Below are positions 60,401 to 64,000 of a stretch of DNA of 64,000 bases, in pieces (the first letter of the stretch is position 1; each line of letters starts with the position of its first letter). The position numbers and the translations under genes were made by a program. The stretch lies in the IMG/VR virus record IMGVR_UViG_3300050343_000212; one strand, given 5' to 3'. Source of the stretch: a virus. The notes under the pieces were generated by a model. That model was not told the origin of the DNA, made no database searches, and saw nothing but the letters and a program-made list of their open reading frames with translations.

Positions 60401-62060
60401 CAATACCATAAACTGACTGAACATCAGATGTTTCAAATTTCTTAGAGTCAATAACTGTTCTTTGACCGAAATCTTCACCATTAAACTTCAATCTTTCACC
60501 AAGAGAAAAATTACCATTGATATTATAGGCTGTGAATCCAGTTCCAACTGATACGGGGTATCTGAGATAACCTGTAGCTCCACTAGACTCACCTTCAATG
60601 AAACAAGGGATAGTGAGTGTGACATTCTCATTGACTTCGAAGTCATTATATGTTTGAATGTCAAAAAGTGACAAATCCCACTGATTTAGTGATTTTTGAG
60701 AGATTTCATATGATCCACTTTCCAGAGCGAAGTCATAAACTCTAGCAACACCTATTTCCTTACCAGCTGAATCAGTTGTGGCAGATCCAACTCTATTACT
60801 CCTCAAACTCAGGAAATTAGTATTATTGAAACCTATAAATGGTGATCCAGTAACATTATTTACGGAAAATGACGGTCCAAACCCAAAATTAACCGACTGA
60901 TTTTTCAGATTCTTTGTTGTTCTTGCTTTTGGGACATCTAGGAAGGTTGGACCAACAATATCGATGGGATATCCTTTAACATAAGCCTTACCAGGACTAA
61001 TTTTATAGACCATAAGGTCTTCAGATGGTTTTTGGCCACTAGAAGTAGTTTGATTGGGATTATAGATTCCTCTATTACCAATTCCATTATTCAAACTCTC
61101 TTTAACAGTGGTTACAAACTGTTTTACATAATAATGACCAGATTCATCAAAAGTTCTCTTGGCTAATTCCTCTCCAAGCATATTGTAATCAGTTGAGGTA
61201 TTAATTTCTCTTAAAATACCATTATTAACCTCTGCCAATTGAACAAAATTCTGATCATTGTAATCAAATCTGTCTTTTTTACCCAAAACAGCTCTAATTT
61301 CTAGTCTATCAGCCCCAGGAGCGGTGTAATTAGTAAAATTCTTAGCGTTATCGTTTAGAGATGGGTCAATATCCGAAGAAATCAAATTTTCAGTAATGAC
61401 CAGACCAATTCTATATGATGGTTTGTTGGTATACTGATCTAAAATTAGGATTTGATCTTGAACATCAACAAAACACCCTCTTAGGAAGTAAACACCCTCA
61501 CCCAGAGCAAATGCAGAACCAACAGAGTTAGCATTTTCTGTTAAAGTTCTCGCAAGACCCTCTCCAGCAGCAATAAATGTGGTCTCAAAAGTTATATTAT
61601 CAGTTGTAATCAGATTTTCGTTGTCAAAGAAAGTTCTAGTTGAATTATCTGTACTACTTGAATCATGATAGTCAACATAAAGGGTAAAATTACCAGTATT
61701 TGACTCTTGGTCAGTGATATATGTGACAACTTCAGCAGTTACACCAGAATCTGCACCAGTAATCTTCTTACCAACAAGTTGATCAAGGTAAAGAGATACA
61801 GGAATACCTAAAAATTCAGATTCAATCTGAACTGCATAAAAATTAGGCAGATATGTCAACTGCCCAGGAATAACCTTAGCTCCTTCTTTGAAGAAATGAG
61901 TACCCATATCTTCAATTTGATTTTGAAGAATGGATTGTAGATTATTTAACTCTCTAGCCTGAATTGGGTATGCTGGCTTGAAGAGAACTTTGTAGTAGTT
62001 ACTCTGCGGATCAAAGTCGTCAAAATAAGGAGCAACGTTGAGGTTAGTTTCCTGTGGCAT
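54438..62060 (-). CDS. Very large virion structural protein (baseplate/tail-associated, DUF4815-like)
   Basis: 2540-aa intact ORF; TNLNVAPYFDDF...QARELN.LQSILQ.Q N-terminus; directly follows gp8. Confidence 0.8.
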   Translation of the reverse strand: MPQETNLNVAPYFDDFDPQSNYYKVLFKPAYPIQARELNNLQSILQNQIEDMGTHFFKEGAKVIPGQLTYLPNFYAVQIESEFLGIPVSLYLDQLVGKKITGADSGVTAEVVTYITDQESNTGNFTLYVDYHDSSSTDNSTRTFFDNENLITTDNITFETTFIAAGEGLARTLTENANSVGSAFALGEGVYFLRGCFVDVQDQILILDQYTNKPSYRIGLVITENLISSDIDPSLNDNAKNFTNYTAPGADRLEIRAVLGKKDRFDYNDQNFVQLAEVNNGILREINTSTDYNMLGEELAKRTFDESGHYYVKQFVTTVKESLNNGIGNRGIYNPNQTTSSGQKPSEDLMVYKISPGKAYVKGYPIDIVGPTFLDVPKARTTKNLKNQSVNFGFGPSFSVNNVTGSPFIGFNNTNFLSLRSNRVGSATTDSAGKEIGVARVYDFALESGSYEISQKSLNQWDLSLFDIQTYNDFEVNENVTLTIPCFIEGESSGATGYLRYPVSVGTGFTAYNINGNFSLGERLKFNGEDFGQRTVIDSKKFETSDVQSVYGIVGSAGTFTADLIPQTAGVIGIASISTGHYDGSPLGIATISGPGGPFPGIVTTGNLIKYSNSGLNVQSFGRVTNVSTNSFEIVGVQTVTGFVDGRLPSEDLSVTDLEVIESRTQLHSKSSGNIADNNSLFSALPKKFISNVDLTDSTLIIRKQFDVVIADNSTGSINSDPGEVFLPYDEERYSLISDAGQIQILSSDRFTFAAGSNQITISGLDNDGPAKLICTLRKTNVTPKVKIKKVSSTVIIDKSSNSGSGIGATTLNDGLTYGSFPYGTRVQDRNICLNVPDVNMVYGIFQGEGSNDPVAPSMVLGSMDGPTNTTNDIIVGEEVIGSISGARGLYITRLTDTNIEFIFENQTPFEPGEVINFQDSGVSAVATKISMGSKNITSSFDSKSGQRKTIYDFSRIQRREGASIPTNKIKVYFMSAEYDSADTGDITICNSYNGFNYSTDIATFAGFRLTDLIDARPRVSPYTPTSSSRSPFEFFGRSFNGGQHSSRNILASDESTTIGFDYYLGRIDRVYLDKDGIFQVKQGSPSDNPVLPMGITGSMNISNLYIPAYTHSVQNVETAFIQHKRYQMTDISKLEQRIKNLEYYTSLNQLESTTMNQFIPDANGLNRFRSGIFVDNFRDIRNQDLSIGAKNSIDRSEGILRPSHYTTNKTLMVGNDTMSGIGTGTNSNEDSKFANILGENTKRTGQIITLDYSEESWLKQPFATRSESVTPFLVQFWNGTISFEPSVDVWIEVNELDVKDVLQEGSFRGVAEAMRAEVTTNSDGKRSGISPVIWKAWETTGVNVSVDLSQRASKSKPYTSERQGTRHEFGTVFGVGTRETHPDVPSSFKVTEEHVDTNVTTDLTVGVQLNQQRRGTQTSVTEQIDTESLGDRIVNREVIHFMRSRNIQFTSKSLKPFTQMYSFFDNVDVNKYVMPKLVEVTMTSGTFVVGEAIGGLMPSSLSEQSVDDTNTNFEGASPTASIAAIVARVADPTHKYGPYNRPSTKYDRNPYDRENRLPTSYTESTTILNIDISSLADETNPEYQGYIAKGMVLLGVNSGARATVTDVRLVSDRVGTLIGSFRVPGNEDSTSPRFETGNNRFRITSSSTNSRVEGLVSTSAEDNFYSQGDIDDTQEVTLSLRNARVEHNDNFVETRSTVEGSGSDTSTVTTGTSSRLTGEYKDPLAQSFIVDDETGIFVTSLDLYFQEKPTEFSEPVTVQIREVELGTPSQKIIPFSEVQKTPDEIEVSNDCSIVTKFTFESPVYLNGQREYAIIILSNSTEYRVWISRLGEVDVQTLGSETDQILVTTQRLLGSLFKSQNASTWTPSQYEDLTFELYRAEFQPNGNIQLFNPSLDDNDRIIPHNGVVSSSRTIKVGFGTTTTESDLKPGNLVTQRITGATGRFVGYGGSASQMNLSIVNSGIGYTPSSGTLKYTGVAMTSLSGDGINATADLTITNGVAVGASINSGGFGYQVGDILAPLTIGTGLGDGIKVSISTIHGNNELTLNDVQGEFGTTVGQILDYTNSAGVTTTFNYDANPSGMVPEAPIRVVTNGDHLRIDQRNHGMYSNTNVVSLKDISSNISHTTLTTEYKSDSTTSIAIANTSNFGIFEHLGIGITNPGYILMNDEIIKYTGMSGNELTGITRGIDDTNIIDHGVDEIVQKYEFHGVSLRRINKDHLMNAVTEPNAFDTDFYKVKIDMSQNGLDRTGSIYPKLYFDTSDSGGGNKAMGSYNIPFSQAIPKIETITPTGTSIDPSMRTISATSISGNEGPFVDQGFEKIALGQVNYFDTQRMMASPTNENLFLDDLPGNKSMSISLDLNSSDSRISPAVDVDQMSVTLISNRVNEPVSDYANDPRVDSVLTDPNKFMYVTKPVILANPGTSIQVYLDAFLTKDSDIRVFFAIDQEGPAKDVIFTPFPGSNNFASNGSVINFNSSNGAPDQPITKSDSLNQDPSISMYREYKFSIDNLPAFGSFRIKLIGTSTNQASPPMIRNFRTLGLA

Positions 62061-62069
62061 GATTTCTTA

Positions 62070-63629
62070 TTAGAATTGCAAGATGATCTTTACGTCTTCT
62101 TTCTGGGATGACGACCTTATAATAGAGGGTCTATTGTCAACAAAGATAGTATTTCCAGAATATTTTTCTACTTCTGGTTGTGCAACACCAGAAGTAAAAC
62201 TTTGACCCAGGTAATATGTCCTATTATTTATTACAGTACTTACACCCGTAAACACTGTATCAATTCCAAGATTGACTGACCCACCATTAATTGTAAGTGA
62301 TCCGCCAGCCAAAACACTAGCAGTGAATCTATATGCCTCGAATCCATAAATTGAATTCGAGTTTAAAGTTCCATCAGTATTGAATCCAGAGTTTGTTCTG
62401 TCTTGCCAAAGTTTGAGAACACCAGTGGTTTGATCGTAAGAAACGACTCTACCAACAGCTGTATGACCCATACCAACGGTTTGAGTAACATAATCATCTG
62501 GTGTAAATGTTGCTGAACTGTATCCAATTCCACTCAATCTTAAAGCATAGGCCGCACTTGCTTTATCAAGATTCAAATTTGTTGAAGAATTGAAAGCCAA
62601 TGGGTTTTCAATCATCCCAACTCTTGCAAACTGGTTACCAGTGATAAAATCTGGATTTTCAGTATCATTTTCAAATCTAGCATATGAAAGAACGTTATAT
62701 GCTCCAAGTTCTCTATAAACATCATAACCATGACCACCATTTGGTGGGATAATGACATTAAATATTGGTTTTGTTGACCCAGATGGAACTCCACCAGATT
62801 TAAGATTAACAGTTCCGAAGGTATATCCTTCTCCACCACTTGATACGGTTACAGATTCAACTTTTGAGTCGTTATTGATGACAACTGTAGCTTCTCCACC
62901 TACACCATCACCATCAATAGGTACCCTTGTATAAGTAACATTAGCAGTACCAAGACCAATACCACGATCTCTAACAGTTACAATCTTTAATTGACCACTT
63001 GTAGAAGCGTTTTGTCTTATTACAGCATCATCAGAACTAGGGTCATACCAGTTTGATGGAACTGGAATATAGTCAGTGGAGTCAAATTTGATCGCTTGAC
63101 TTGGTTTTACCGTATAAAGGTACTTCCAGATGTAACCATCACCACTTGAACCAGCTGATCTTGGTTCCAAATCAGTAAATCCAGGTTCATCAATAGACGG
63201 ACCACCTTGGAAGTTATTTTCAACACTTGCATTATTATAAAGACATACATAAACTCTATAGTCAGAGTTCATTACATAGTAGTTTGCCGAATATATATCA
63301 AAAGCACCTGATGGTAGGGATGGGTTGTCCCTACTGATGTCATTTCTCCACATGTCATAGGTCACACCAGATGCCCAGACATTTTTCCTAACAACTTGAC
63401 TAACATCAGAAGCATTAATCTTCTTCAGAGCTAACATTGTATCCCAATAGTCATTAGAGTCATTAAGACTATCTTTGGGAGATGGCGAATTAGTATCCCA
63501 ATTAGACTGATATTCCGTAGCATTAGGTAAACCAATAAAAGCATAATAAGAATTTGTGGAAGATTGAACGCCCGACACAAAGTTCTTTGCATTCAAAATA
63601 CGAAGTTGATCAGTTATAATCGCAGCCAT
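62070..63629 (-). CDS. gp8: Baseplate wedge protein gp8
   Basis: AIITDQLR, YYVMNSDYRVYVCL, DGYIWKYLY, DNRPSI.RS..QKED.KIILQF. Confidence 0.93.
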   Translation of the reverse strand: MAAIITDQLRILNAKNFVSGVQSSTNSYYAFIGLPNATEYQSNWDTNSPSPKDSLNDSNDYWDTMLALKKINASDVSQVVRKNVWASGVTYDMWRNDISRDNPSLPSGAFDIYSANYYVMNSDYRVYVCLYNNASVENNFQGGPSIDEPGFTDLEPRSAGSSGDGYIWKYLYTVKPSQAIKFDSTDYIPVPSNWYDPSSDDAVIRQNASTSGQLKIVTVRDRGIGLGTANVTYTRVPIDGDGVGGEATVVINNDSKVESVTVSSGGEGYTFGTVNLKSGGVPSGSTKPIFNVIIPPNGGHGYDVYRELGAYNVLSYARFENDTENPDFITGNQFARVGMIENPLAFNSSTNLNLDKASAAYALRLSGIGYSSATFTPDDYVTQTVGMGHTAVGRVVSYDQTTGVLKLWQDRTNSGFNTDGTLNSNSIYGFEAYRFTASVLAGGSLTINGGSVNLGIDTVFTGVSTVINNRTYYLGQSFTSGVAQPEVEKYSGNTIFVDNRPSIIRSSSQKEDVKIILQF

Positions 63630-63665
63630 TTTATTAGGACTTTTTTCTTATTTATATGTGAAAAT

Positions 63666-64000
63666 TTACTTTGTATATGATCTATTTGTTCTAGGGTATT
63701 TTACCCCAGAAACATCAGGATTTCTATTACCAAATGTAGTTTGTTGGAGAGAACCACTTTCTAGTCTTTTCCTTTTTATAAAAAGGTATCTATTGTGGCT
63801 GGTTGAACCAAAAGTCTCCTTATCATCATTTTCAGATCCACTAGAACTCCCAACTTCAGGTAATGAATTTTCTTTTAAATATTGAAGAACTTCAGGAGTA
63901 GTGATATTAGGTTGATTTTGAGCAATACATGCTATGACACCACAAACTTGTGGACTTGACATACTGGTTCCACTAATTGAAGCAAGGTAGTAATTAGAAT
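63666..64000 (-). CDS. Subtilisin-like (S8) serine protease, C-terminal fragment (gene starts beyond the window)
   Basis: Extending the frame upstream of the ORF-track start gives YLASISGTSMSSPQVCGVIAC, the GTSMAxPxVAG catalytic-serine motif. Confidence 0.8.
   Translation of the reverse strand, partial: SNYYLASISGTSMSSPQVCGVIACIAQNQPNITTPEVLQYLKENSLPEVGSSSGSENDDKETFGSTSHNRYLFIKRKRLESGSLQQTTFGNRNPDVSGVKYPRTNRSYTK

Noticed and set aside
568-62934. Many plus-strand and alternative-frame ORFs in the track
   Set aside because: They are shadows of minus-strand genes, with no recognisable motifs, SD sites or operon context.
1-64000. CRISPR arrays, tRNA/rRNA genes, IS elements, psbA/hli genes
   Set aside because: None was recognised by eye and the intergenic spaces are short; tRNAscan-SE and Infernal were not run, so small RNAs cannot be fully excluded.

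Overview
This is a 64 kb segment of a T4-like myovirus. Gene order and content point to a cyanophage (Kyanoviridae-like), which is an inference. Essentially all genes lie on the minus strand. In genome order (64000 to 1): the end of a subtilisin-like protease, baseplate gp8, a 2540-aa structural protein, neck/tail/terminase/head genes (gp13-gp23, gp3), recombination and late-transcription genes (uvsY, uvsW, gp55, gp47, gp46), a VWA-peptidase plus CobS pair, and the replisome (gp45, gp44, gp62, regA, gp43, uvsX, gp41) interleaved with purC, purS and purM. Then follow mazG, a late cluster with a nuclease-like gene, a Dam-like methyltransferase, a nucleotidyltransferase and low-complexity proteins, and finally primase and nrdA. 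Sequence quality is poor in the conserved core: many 1-nt frameshifts and about eight block deletions break essential genes (primase, gp41, gp18, mazG, probably hsp20), so junction-based claims need read support. Best leads: (1) gp43 split at the fingers tip with purM coupled between the halves; (2) a nucleotidyltransferase starting with a T4-style capsid-targeting sequence; (3) a CCGSGCxxCP motif in the +1 frame across the gp23 stop; (4) a palindromic element at fixed distance upstream of four sigma70-like -10 boxes; (5) a His-rich secreted protein missed by the ORF track; (6) a late nuclease-like gene next to an independently promoted methyltransferase. I saw no CRISPR array, rRNA or tRNA by eye.
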